A stretch of 27,982 nucleotides of DNA from a virus (lineage: Duplodnaviria; Caudoviricetes): positions 1-27,982 of the IMG/VR virus record IMGVR_UViG_3300016263_000382; one strand, given 5' to 3'. The notes beneath the pieces are model-generated. The model was given only the letters and a program-made list of their open reading frames with translations. It searched no databases and had not been told where the DNA came from. Shown in pieces: positions 7,754 through 16,912 of this stretch. A program made the translations under genes and the position numbers. Position 1 is the stretch's first letter. Every line of letters starts with the position of its first letter.

Positions 7754-9017
7754 ATTTTCTCCTGGAGAAGTTGAGGTAAGGAAAATAGATTTGTTTAACA
7801 TAGACAAATCTAAAAGACTTAACATACACAAACAAACTGCTGCCATAAGAATATATGAAGACGTATTCAAGCCAACTTTATATGCTGAAATAACTCTTTA
7901 CGATGCATTTGACATAATCAACAACTTCCCAATTATCGGCGAAGAATCAATTGAAATTTCTATACAAACTAAAAGCACAGATAAACCATTAGATTACAAG
8001 TTTAAAGTATATTCTGTTTCCGACCAACAAAGATCAGAAAATTCAAAGTCATCAAGCTACACTTTATTATGTGTTTCGGAAGAGCATTTGCTTGATGGAT
8101 TTACTCGTGTCGTTAAATCTTATGACATGGAAATTCATAAAATGATTGCTGATATTTTGGCAACATATTTAAAATCAAAAAAAGGATTTGAGTACGAAGA
8201 AACTAAAGGCACCCAACAAATAGTCATGCCAAGAATGAATCCTTTGATGGCTATTGACTTTTTGAGAAAACGTGCAACATCAAAGAAATATAAGTCTAAT
8301 GCGTTTGTGTTCTTTGAAAACGCAAGAGGTTTTAATTTTTATACATTGGAAAAATTGTTTGAGATGAACGTCCCAAAGATCGGAGACAAAGTATTTGAAT
8401 ACAATCCAATTGTTAACTTTGATGATGATAAAGGAAAACCAGAATCTCTGTCCAAAACAAGCTATAGAAATATTCTCTATATTGATACGCCAACAAAATA
8501 TGATAATGCAAGCAAAATCAGAGATGGTATGTTAAACAATAAAGTTTTGAATTTTGATATTTTAACTAAAAAGGTTACTGAGAAAACATTCAAGTTTCAA
8601 GAAAACGTATCAGATTTTATATTCATTGATAAGAATGCATTTACTCAAAACAGCAAACAATTTTATGATAGATATGACAAAGACGAAGGGATGAGAATGT
8701 TTGTTCCTTCTGATAGCTCGAGACCAGATTCTTTTATTGCTGATACTATCGGAGCAAAGGTTGCATATTTCAATATGATATTGCAACAAAAAACAATAGT
8801 ACAAATATATGGCGACACAACAATAACAGCTGGTGACGTTATAACTTGCAAATTTACATCACCAACCAGCACTCAAGAAAACAATCGCCCAGATGCAAGA
8901 ATGAATGGTAATTATCTGGTCATTCAACTTGCTCATGATATTATAAAAGTTGCTAATGAAAAATTTTCACATCGTATTTCTATGGGTCTATTGAAAGGAA
9001 ATTTTTCGTCATCATGA
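7746..9017 (+). CDS. Baseplate hub protein (gp27-like position and size)
   Basis: 423 aa between gp53 and gp5; IYED.F...L...I...D...PIIGEE, FVFFEN..GFNF and a C-terminal G....AGD.I...G.YL...L.H hub-like motif. Confidence 0.7.
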   Translation: MSKFSPGEVEVRKIDLFNIDKSKRLNIHKQTAAIRIYEDVFKPTLYAEITLYDAFDIINNFPIIGEESIEISIQTKSTDKPLDYKFKVYSVSDQQRSENSKSSSYTLLCVSEEHLLDGFTRVVKSYDMEIHKMIADILATYLKSKKGFEYEETKGTQQIVMPRMNPLMAIDFLRKRATSKKYKSNAFVFFENARGFNFYTLEKLFEMNVPKIGDKVFEYNPIVNFDDDKGKPESLSKTSYRNILYIDTPTKYDNASKIRDGMLNNKVLNFDILTKKVTEKTFKFQENVSDFIFIDKNAFTQNSKQFYDRYDKDEGMRMFVPSDSSRPDSFIADTIGAKVAYFNMILQQKTIVQIYGDTTITAGDVITCKFTSPTSTQENNRPDARMNGNYLVIQLAHDIIKVANEKFSHRISMGLLKGNFSSS

Positions 9018-9727
9018 CTACAAGAAATTTAGGTAGAGAAGGATTTAATTGGTTCTTTGGTATTGTCCAAGATAGAGATGATCCTCTAAAAGTTGGACGA
9101 ATAAGAGTTCGTGTGCATAGTGTTCATGATGACGATGAATTGATCCCTTCTGACGCTTTACACTGGGCTACACCTGTTCTTCCAGTAACATCAGCTTCTG
9201 CTAATGGAGTAGGAGTTTCTCCAACTGGAATTGCTGTTGGTACAACTGTTTTTGGATTCTTTGCTGATGGCGAAGAAAAACAACTTCCGATTATTCTAGG
9301 AACTATTGCTGGTATTCCAGAAGAAGGTTCTCATGATGTATCTAAACTTGCTAGAGAAACAAATAATATCGTAAAACAAAAAGTTGGCGAAGAACCAGCC
9401 ACAGCATATGGCGCGAAATATCCTTATAACAAAACGCTAACAACTGAAAGCGGACACGCTATAGAAATTGATGATACACCAAACGCTGAAAGAATACACG
9501 TTTATCACAAATCTGGAACATATATCGAAATAAACAAAGATGGCAGAATAGTAACTAAATCGGTCGACAATAGTTTTGAAGTTGTTGTCAAAAATAAAAC
9601 AATACAAGTATCTGGTGATTGCAAAATTAAAGTTGATGGCAATATTAATATCGAAGCTGGCGGAAATATTAATATGACTGCTGGCGGTAACGTTAAAATT
9701 GTTGGTTCTAAGATAGATCTAAACTAA
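9014..9727 (+). CDS. gp5: Baseplate central spike gp5 (OB-fold plus short beta-helix, no lysozyme domain)
   Basis: WFFG.V..RDDPLK.GR.RVR...G..VFGFF.DG...Q.P...G, then YPYN....TESGH..EIDDTP.AERI...H.SGT..EI..DG; only 237 aa. Confidence 0.93.
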   Translation: MTTRNLGREGFNWFFGIVQDRDDPLKVGRIRVRVHSVHDDDELIPSDALHWATPVLPVTSASANGVGVSPTGIAVGTTVFGFFADGEEKQLPIILGTIAGIPEEGSHDVSKLARETNNIVKQKVGEEPATAYGAKYPYNKTLTTESGHAIEIDDTPNAERIHVYHKSGTYIEINKDGRIVTKSVDNSFEVVVKNKTIQVSGDCKIKVDGNINIEAGGNINMTAGGNVKIVGSKIDLN

Positions 9728-9987
9728 TGCCAGGAATAACTAGAAAAAATGCTGATACTGCTGGTGGGAGAGTTACCTCTGGTTCGTCTAATGTATTTGT
9801 TAATGGGAATGCAGCTGCTAGAATAGGGGATTCGATTGCACCGCACGGAGATTCCCCACACAACAGTGCTAGAATGGAAGAGGGAAGTTCTACTGTATTT
9901 GTAAATGGCATAGCTGTTTGTCGAACAGGAGACTCTGCAACTTGTGGTCACAAAAGCACAGGATCAAGCAACGTCTTTGCTAATTAG
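9727..9987 (+). CDS. PAAR spike-tip protein (gp5.4-like)
   Basis: Repeated GSSNVFVNG..AAR.GD motifs with His/Cys metal ligands (PHG..PH, TCGH); TAATG-coupled to gp5. Confidence 0.93.
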   Translation: MPGITRKNADTAGGRVTSGSSNVFVNGNAAARIGDSIAPHGDSPHNSARMEEGSSTVFVNGIAVCRTGDSATCGHKSTGSSNVFAN

Positions 9988-9988
9988 C

Positions 9989-9996
9989 AATAAATA
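9989..9996 (+). promoter_or_regulatory. Candidate late promoter AATAAATA
   Basis: NATAAATA core in the 27-bp gap before gp25, followed by an AAGGA Shine-Dalgarno. Confidence 0.55.
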
Positions 9997-10014
9997 AAAT
10001 TAAAAGGATCCAGT

Positions 10015-10443
10015 ATGGCAAGATCTGATTATTATACAGAAGTTACGGAAATCAATAATGCAAGAGATTTGTTCAGCGATTTCTTGATTGATTTTTCCGT
10101 ACATCCAGAAAAAAATGATCTTCTAAGACAAATCAACGAACAATCAGTAAAACGTGCCATAAAAAATCTAGTTTTAACCAATACCTATGAACGCCCATTT
10201 CAACCGCTTATCGGCGCTGATATTAATGCTCTTCTGTTCGAGTTGATTACTCCAGAAACAGCATATGTTTTAAAACAAAAAATTACAAGAGTTATCAATG
10301 ATTATGAACCAAGATGTCGTTTACTTGAAGTCAGAGTTGATCCTTATATAGAAGAAAATGGTTATGTAGTAACGATAACTTTCCAAGCAATAAATACTGA
10401 AGCTCCTCTTCAACTTCAAGTTCTACTTAATAGGGTCAGATAA
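10015..10443 (+). CDS. gp25: Baseplate wedge subunit gp25 (sheath initiator)
   Basis: SVKRAIKNLVLTN.YERPFQP.IG.....LFE...I..YEPR..L..V; ends LNRVR. Confidence 0.95.
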   Translation: MARSDYYTEVTEINNARDLFSDFLIDFSVHPEKNDLLRQINEQSVKRAIKNLVLTNTYERPFQPLIGADINALLFELITPETAYVLKQKITRVINDYEPRCRLLEVRVDPYIEENGYVVTITFQAINTEAPLQLQVLLNRVR

Positions 10444-12233
10444 TGGCTAATTCATCAATAAATCTTACAAGCCTAGATTTTGAGACTCTCAAAGAACAGT
10501 TCAAAACGTTCCTAAGATCACAAAAGCTTTTCAACGATTATGACTTTGAGGGATCTAACATCTCGGTGTTGTTAGATTTGATGACATACAACACTTATAT
10601 GAATGCTTTCTATCTAAACATGCTTGGAAGCGAAATGTTTTTGGACACAGCACAACTTAGAGATAGCGTTGTGTCTCACTCAAAGGATTTGAATTATACA
10701 CCAAGATCCTATAGATCAGCAACAGCCAAAGTTGATCTTATTATTACTCCTCCAGCCGATAGTGCTTGCACAGCGGTTGTAATTCCAAAAGGAACTTCAT
10801 TTACTGCCAAAGTTGGTTCGAATAACTTTACCTTCACAACCAACGAACAAATTCCAGTCATTACTAATGGCAGATACTTTGAGGCAACAAACGTTGACCT
10901 CTATGAAGGTGTGTTTTTGTACGATCGTTATGTTATGGATTACGCGAACACAACCCAAAGATTTATTATTTCAAACGAAAATATTGACACAGAAAGTTTG
11001 GTTTTAAATATCATTGAAGATTCCTCAACAGTTATTCCATATACAAAAGCAGAATCTTTGTTTGATTTAGATTATACGTCAAGAGTTTTCTTTATACAAG
11101 CATGCGAAAATAGCAGATATGAAATAATATTTGGTGATGATGTTTCTGGTCGCCGCCCAAAAAATGGTGCTGTTGTAGTAGCGGAATATAGAGTATCAAG
11201 CGGACCAGCCGCAAATGGTGCAAAAACATTTAAGCCAGACGGTCAAATTGGTGGGTTCTCAAACGTTATAGTTTCCACTGTTGAGGGCGCAAACAATGGC
11301 GCTTTCCCAGAAACACTAGAATCAATCAGATTTAATGCGCCAAGAAGATTTACTACTCAAGAAAGAGCAGTTACTGAAGATGATTATGAGATTCTTTTAA
11401 AGTCAAATTTCCCAGAAATCAATACAATCTCAGCATTTGGCGGCGATCAACTTGATCCACCACAATATGGTAAAGTGTTCATTGCGGTTGACATTACTAA
11501 TGCCGATGGTTTGCCCGATTCAAGAAGAATTGTTTACAGAGATTTTATCAAGAAAAGATCACCAGTTTCTATTGATCCAGTGTTTATTTCTCCAGAATTT
11601 TTGTATGTTGTTGTTAACTCAACTGTTAGATACAACGTCAATAGAACAAGATTGACTGGAAATGACATCAAGACATTGGTCATATCTTCAATCACCAGTT
11701 ATAATGATACAAATCTTGACGATTTTAAATCAACAATACGTTACAGCCAGTTGACTAGAGCAATTGATGATGCACAATCATCAATCGTCGGCAACGAAAC
11801 AGAAGTTTTGGCAATGAAGAAATTGCAACCAAAACTTCTTTCTCCAGAATTGATCACAATCAATTTTAACATTCCCCTTTATGATAGATTGTCTTCGTTT
11901 AATTCTGTCCACAACGCTGGTGATGAACATACTATATCTTCTACAACATTCGTTTATGAAAATCAAACTTGTAGTCTCGAAGATGACAATAATGGAAATG
12001 TCAACATCATAACAACCACTGGTACAGAACACACTGTACTAAGAAAGGTTGGAACAATTGACTATTCTACAGGCATTATAACTATGAGAAACTTCTCAAT
12101 TTCAAGTTACAGCGGTTCTCATTTGAAAGTTTACGCTAAACCTGCTTCAAGAGACATATATTCATCCAAGAATGTTATCTTGTCAATCTCAGCGGATGAT
12201 ATTTCTGTGTCAACTATTGGGGTAAGAGAATAA
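10443..12233 (+). CDS. gp6: Baseplate wedge subunit gp6
   Basis: LDF...K..F..FL......DYDFEGSN...LLD...YNTY.NAFY.NM...E.FLDTAQLR.SVVS..K.L.Y.PRS; ETLESIRFNAP....QERAVT.DDY; GG....PP.YGKVFI. Confidence 0.96.
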   Translation: MANSSINLTSLDFETLKEQFKTFLRSQKLFNDYDFEGSNISVLLDLMTYNTYMNAFYLNMLGSEMFLDTAQLRDSVVSHSKDLNYTPRSYRSATAKVDLIITPPADSACTAVVIPKGTSFTAKVGSNNFTFTTNEQIPVITNGRYFEATNVDLYEGVFLYDRYVMDYANTTQRFIISNENIDTESLVLNIIEDSSTVIPYTKAESLFDLDYTSRVFFIQACENSRYEIIFGDDVSGRRPKNGAVVVAEYRVSSGPAANGAKTFKPDGQIGGFSNVIVSTVEGANNGAFPETLESIRFNAPRRFTTQERAVTEDDYEILLKSNFPEINTISAFGGDQLDPPQYGKVFIAVDITNADGLPDSRRIVYRDFIKKRSPVSIDPVFISPEFLYVVVNSTVRYNVNRTRLTGNDIKTLVISSITSYNDTNLDDFKSTIRYSQLTRAIDDAQSSIVGNETEVLAMKKLQPKLLSPELITINFNIPLYDRLSSFNSVHNAGDEHTISSTTFVYENQTCSLEDDNNGNVNIITTTGTEHTVLRKVGTIDYSTGIITMRNFSISSYSGSHLKVYAKPASRDIYSSKNVILSISADDISVSTIGVRE

Positions 12234-12237
12234 AAAA

Positions 12238-15200
12238 ATGAGAGATGTAGAAGCTTATATTTCGCCTCTAGTTGAACAAATGTTTCCCTCCTTTTATCAG
12301 GAGGAAGGAAAAGGATTTATACGTTTCGTCAAAGCCTACTACGAATGGCTTGAGCAATCAAACAACGCATTATATCATTCAAGAAATATAGGTAGTTACG
12401 CTGATATTGATAGAACTCTAGAAGATTTTATCGTACATTTCAAAGAAAAGTATTTAAAAGACATTCAATTTAATGTCAAATCTAATGAGCAACTGTTTAT
12501 CAAGAATGCAATCGACTTTCATAGGGCAAAAGGCTCAGAAAGAGCGATTGATTTGTTTTTCAGATTGATTTACGGACAAAGCGCAAGAGTTTATTATCCT
12601 GGCGACGACATTTTCAGACTATCAGATGGCGAGTGGTTTGAACCAATATATCTTGAGGTAACAAGAACTGATAAAAATCTCAATTTTATCGGCAAAACTA
12701 TCACAGGAACGCTGTCAGGTGCCACTGGATTCGTTGATAGGCTCGTCAGAAGAAATAAAAGCGGAAAATATATCGACGTTATGTACATTTCTCAAGTTTC
12801 TGGAGATTTTCAGACTGGAGAAATCATCAAATACGACTCAAACCTCGATGGTAACCCAAAAATAATTGGTTCATTTAACTCTGCTGACGTTGTTAGCGGT
12901 GGAGCGGACTTTATTGTTGGTGAGGTTGTTAATTTTACGTCAAATAATGGCGGTCAAGGTAAAGCAATCGTAAATTCAGTAGCTAACGTTACTGGTGTTG
13001 TCGATTTTAAACTAATTGATGGCGGTTTCGGTTACAATTCCAACTCAGAAGTTCTTGTTTCTAATGTAAATTTGACTTTGGGTAATGTAATTGTATCTGC
13101 AACAAGATCTGCTCCTCTTTTTGACACCTTTGAAACAATTACTCAAGATCTTGCCAACGTTTCCTTTACTGCAGCCACTCAAGATTTCAGCACAGGTGAT
13201 TATGTTTACAGTTATTATGGAAATAATACTCTTGCAGGAACTGGTGAAGTAGTTTACATCAATCAAACAGCTGGTGGTAATACTGGTTACGCTATACTTG
13301 CTCTAAGCGGAAACGTTCAAACAACAGGTTCATATTATACTTCTGGTAATTCTGATTTATTTACTGTTGATGCCTATAATGACGTTACAGCTACTGCAAA
13401 TATTATAGCATATTCATCAAATCTAACAATTTACAATACTTCAACAACTGGTTCGTTTAGCGTTGGCGAACAAGTGTATCAGTTAGATGGCGCCATCGAA
13501 ATAGCAAATGGTGTTGTTAGAGAAGTTACTGTAGACGTTTCAAATACTACAATTTCTCTCACTAATGTTAATGGTGTATTCAAATTATCAACATCGGTTA
13601 TTGGTCGATCAAGCATGGCAAATGCTACTCTTGATCATTATGACGTTAAAGTTGGTGTTGTACAAGTAGACAATGATTTTTATACTTGCACAATCAATGC
13701 AGTTTCTACTGCATCATCAAATGCTAGAGCAATCATTACAAGAAAATCTGCCGGAAACAACGCATCCTTTAGGGTTGGTAATCTGATTTATTCAGAAACT
13801 GTATTTTTAAATACAGATTATATTAGCTCAAAGAGGCACAAGTATGTTCAATTCGCTAATGCTACAACACAACTAACAACTGGCGATCAATTATACAAAT
13901 ATTATACTAATGGCGCTTTGGCTGCAAGAGGTTTGGTGCTCAGCGTAAATCAAGTTCTTGGTGAAGCTAATGGTTGGATGTTGCTTTACACACAACCTGG
14001 CAATACAACAACATTTTCCCCATCATCAGCCACAAACGTAACAAATACAGCATACACAACATCAAACCTACAATCAGCTGTTATCGTTTCAGATTCTCCA
14101 GTTGGTTATTTGAGCTTTAATTCCGCCAATGGTACAATAGCAAACAATGTTTCTATTTACAGATATTACTCAAATGGAACAATTTCCGCACAAGCAAGAG
14201 TAATTAGATCTCTGCAACAAACAGGAAATGCAAGTGGTAATGCACTTATTGCAATCATCAATGGTAATACATCAACATTCGGTCCAAAAGACTCATCAAT
14301 ACTTTCAAATTCTTTCTACACGACTTCAAATGCTGTAACAGCTGTGGCTGATCTAGAATTAATTGATGGTGGAATTTACAAAAAACTTCCAATTTCTGAT
14401 GCATCAACTATCGGAATTCCATTCCAACAAACAGCTGGATATACTGGATTTTCGTTTACTTTTAATGCGAACTCAAATGTAAGTTCAGCTGATGACTTTA
14501 TATCAATCCCTGATGGCGGTAATGTTTTAGGAAACGGGGAGATAGTAAAATATCTTGTTGCAGCTGGTAATACCGCTCTAACAAATCTATCGAATGGTTC
14601 GCTTTATTATGTTGTTTATGCAAACACATCAGGATTTGCTCTTTCAACCTCAAGCGGTGGATCTAAGATTGATTTGACTGCTGGTTTGACAGAAACTGGA
14701 CACAGCTTAACGCAAAGTTATTTGACAACTCAAGTGTTTAACGCTAATGCTGCTGTTGATAATACAACTGAATTTATCAGCATAACATCAAACAGATTCC
14801 AAAATGGTGCATTCCTAACTTATTCTGCCAATGGTGGAGTTCAAATTAGCGGACTTACAGATGGGGCAAGTTATTATGCGGTCGCCGCTAACAGCAGCGG
14901 TTTGAAACTTTCAAATACATTTGGTGGTAATGCTATCAATATAACAAAAGGTTTGACTGAAAATCATAAACTCACTATAAGCGATGCGATTGTTAATTAT
15001 CTTCATTATGATAGTTTTACGCTTGGTAGAATTAGAACGCTGACAAGTATCAATCAAGGTAACAGTTATTCCGATTCTCCATTCGTTTTGATTTATGATC
15101 CACTTGTTTATGCATATGAAAGAAAAGATTATACAATCAAAGTAACTGGGGCAACTGGTGCATTCTCTGTTGGCGAAATTATTCAAGGTCAAACATCAGA

Positions 15201-16899
15201 AGCAATCGCAAGAGTGCTTTCATATACAGCGTCAAACAGCACTATAACAGCTACAAGATTGAATTTTTCAAAAAATCTTACAGAAAACGAAACAATCATT
15301 GGCGCAACTTCTGGTTTCCAAGCAACAATACAATCAATCGGAACTCTATCAACAGTTTCAGGTTTCAATGCAATCGCTACTGGTAATGCTATTTCTACCA
15401 ACGGTTCTGTTACTTCCCTAAGAGTTATTGATTCTGGTATTGGTTACGTTGATGGCGAAGAAGCTATTTTCTTCGCAGCAGATCAACCATCTAGAACTGG
15501 TATCGCAACTCTAAACATTAGAAAACAAGGTACCGCTGAAGGTAGATATAGAGAAGCTAGAGGATTTATCTCATCAGATAAAAAAATTCATGACGGTGAA
15601 TATTATCAAGAATACTCATATGAAGTTATAGCAGGTCTTCCATTTGAAACATGGAAAGAAATGTTTTTGAAAGTTCTACACGTTGCTGGTACAAAACTAT
15701 TCGGTAAGTTTGAAACTATTCAAGTTGCAAATTCACTTATTACTGTGAAAGATTCTAATACAACATCAAATACAATTTACAATATGAGCTTTAATGCTTC
15801 TTCTGATGTTGACACAACAAATGATTTCATAACACTAAGCGGAAACACTGGTAAAATTTCAACCTTCAATGCTCTAAGTGGTATCAATTCAACTTCTGGT
15901 TTCATCACAACAAAATATGGCAATCGTTTTGCCAACAACGATAAAGTTAAGTATCTTGTCGCCGCCAGTAACACTGCAATTACACCACTAGCAAACGGAT
16001 CAACTTATTTTATTAAGAACCCAAATACTACTGGGTTCTTCTTATCTTCAACTGCTGGCGGAGCAACTCTTGCTGTTGAACCTGCATCAAGTGAAACTGG
16101 ACATACAATTTACGGATTCGGTAATCCATTTGCAAACGGAACAGTTGTACAATATCTTGTTGCTGAAGGAAACACTCAGCTTTCAGATCTAAGAGTTGCC
16201 AAGCGTTATTATGTAAGATACGCAAACAACACTGGTATAAAACTTAGTGAAACAGCAAATGGTTCTGTTGTTGATCTAATAACTGTAGGAAGCAGCGAAA
16301 CAGGTCACACAATAAAGACTGTTGAAATACCAGCAGTAACATTCACCAAACAATTCAATGCTAATTCTGCTGTTACATATGTTGATGATGGATTGACAGA
16401 AAACTTCAACGCAAATACTGGCGTTAGAACAAACGGATTTATATCCGTTCTTGATGGTAAAAATAATTTTAGAAACGGTCAAGCTGTGGCTTATACTGTT
16501 GATTCTGGTAATACTGCAATAGCAGAGTTGACAGCTGGAAATAAATATTACATTAGAAATAGCAACAGTACTGGATTTTTCTTATCAGCAACTCCTTCTG
16601 GTTCAATAATTACTTTAACAAAAGGAACCACTGAAAATGGACATAATTTGTCAGTGTTTGGATCTTTCATAGCAATACCAAACAATCCATTCCAAGATAA
16701 GCAACTTATCAAGTATTATGTAACCAATGGAAGTACAGTTCTAAACACACTAAGCAATAACGCAACATATTATGTTTATGGTGCTAATTCGAGCGGCATT
16801 AAATTGTCAAGTCAACTAAACGGAAATTCTTCTTCTGTTATTTACTTCGACAAAGGATTGACCCAAACTGGACACTATATAACTTCTGCAATCAGTTAG
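12238..16899 (+). CDS. gp7: Baseplate wedge initiator gp7-like with many accessory repeat domains
   Basis: N-terminal Q.FP.F..EE...F..F.KAYYEWLE...F.RAKGSE....LFFR..YG; internal G..SS.K.I.DG.YYQEYSY........W......H.AG..LFG; position between gp6 and gp8. Confidence 0.85.
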   Translation: MRDVEAYISPLVEQMFPSFYQEEGKGFIRFVKAYYEWLEQSNNALYHSRNIGSYADIDRTLEDFIVHFKEKYLKDIQFNVKSNEQLFIKNAIDFHRAKGSERAIDLFFRLIYGQSARVYYPGDDIFRLSDGEWFEPIYLEVTRTDKNLNFIGKTITGTLSGATGFVDRLVRRNKSGKYIDVMYISQVSGDFQTGEIIKYDSNLDGNPKIIGSFNSADVVSGGADFIVGEVVNFTSNNGGQGKAIVNSVANVTGVVDFKLIDGGFGYNSNSEVLVSNVNLTLGNVIVSATRSAPLFDTFETITQDLANVSFTAATQDFSTGDYVYSYYGNNTLAGTGEVVYINQTAGGNTGYAILALSGNVQTTGSYYTSGNSDLFTVDAYNDVTATANIIAYSSNLTIYNTSTTGSFSVGEQVYQLDGAIEIANGVVREVTVDVSNTTISLTNVNGVFKLSTSVIGRSSMANATLDHYDVKVGVVQVDNDFYTCTINAVSTASSNARAIITRKSAGNNASFRVGNLIYSETVFLNTDYISSKRHKYVQFANATTQLTTGDQLYKYYTNGALAARGLVLSVNQVLGEANGWMLLYTQPGNTTTFSPSSATNVTNTAYTTSNLQSAVIVSDSPVGYLSFNSANGTIANNVSIYRYYSNGTISAQARVIRSLQQTGNASGNALIAIINGNTSTFGPKDSSILSNSFYTTSNAVTAVADLELIDGGIYKKLPISDASTIGIPFQQTAGYTGFSFTFNANSNVSSADDFISIPDGGNVLGNGEIVKYLVAAGNTALTNLSNGSLYYVVYANTSGFALSTSSGGSKIDLTAGLTETGHSLTQSYLTTQVFNANAAVDNTTEFISITSNRFQNGAFLTYSANGGVQISGLTDGASYYAVAANSSGLKLSNTFGGNAINITKGLTENHKLTISDAIVNYLHYDSFTLGRIRTLTSINQGNSYSDSPFVLIYDPLVYAYERKDYTIKVTGATGAFSVGEIIQGQTSEAIARVLSYTASNSTITATRLNFSKNLTENETIIGATSGFQATIQSIGTLSTVSGFNAIATGNAISTNGSVTSLRVIDSGIGYVDGEEAIFFAADQPSRTGIATLNIRKQGTAEGRYREARGFISSDKKIHDGEYYQEYSYEVIAGLPFETWKEMFLKVLHVAGTKLFGKFETIQVANSLITVKDSNTTSNTIYNMSFNASSDVDTTNDFITLSGNTGKISTFNALSGINSTSGFITTKYGNRFANNDKVKYLVAASNTAITPLANGSTYFIKNPNTTGFFLSSTAGGATLAVEPASSETGHTIYGFGNPFANGTVVQYLVAEGNTQLSDLRVAKRYYVRYANNTGIKLSETANGSVVDLITVGSSETGHTIKTVEIPAVTFTKQFNANSAVTYVDDGLTENFNANTGVRTNGFISVLDGKNNFRNGQAVAYTVDSGNTAIAELTAGNKYYIRNSNSTGFFLSATPSGSIITLTKGTTENGHNLSVFGSFIAIPNNPFQDKQLIKYYVTNGSTVLNTLSNNATYYVYGANSSGIKLSSQLNGNSSSVIYFDKGLTQTGHYITSAIS
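14461..16884 (+). repeat. Six copies of an ~80-85-aa domain in gp7 (FNA...FI...NxFxNG..V.Y....GNT.....L.....YY....N.TG..LS...ETGH)
   Basis: Tandem copies at ~14461-14712 and ~14737-14976; two nested pairs at ~15790-16314 and ~16354-16884. Confidence 0.85.
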
Positions 16900-16912
16900 G
16901 AAAAGATAAAAT

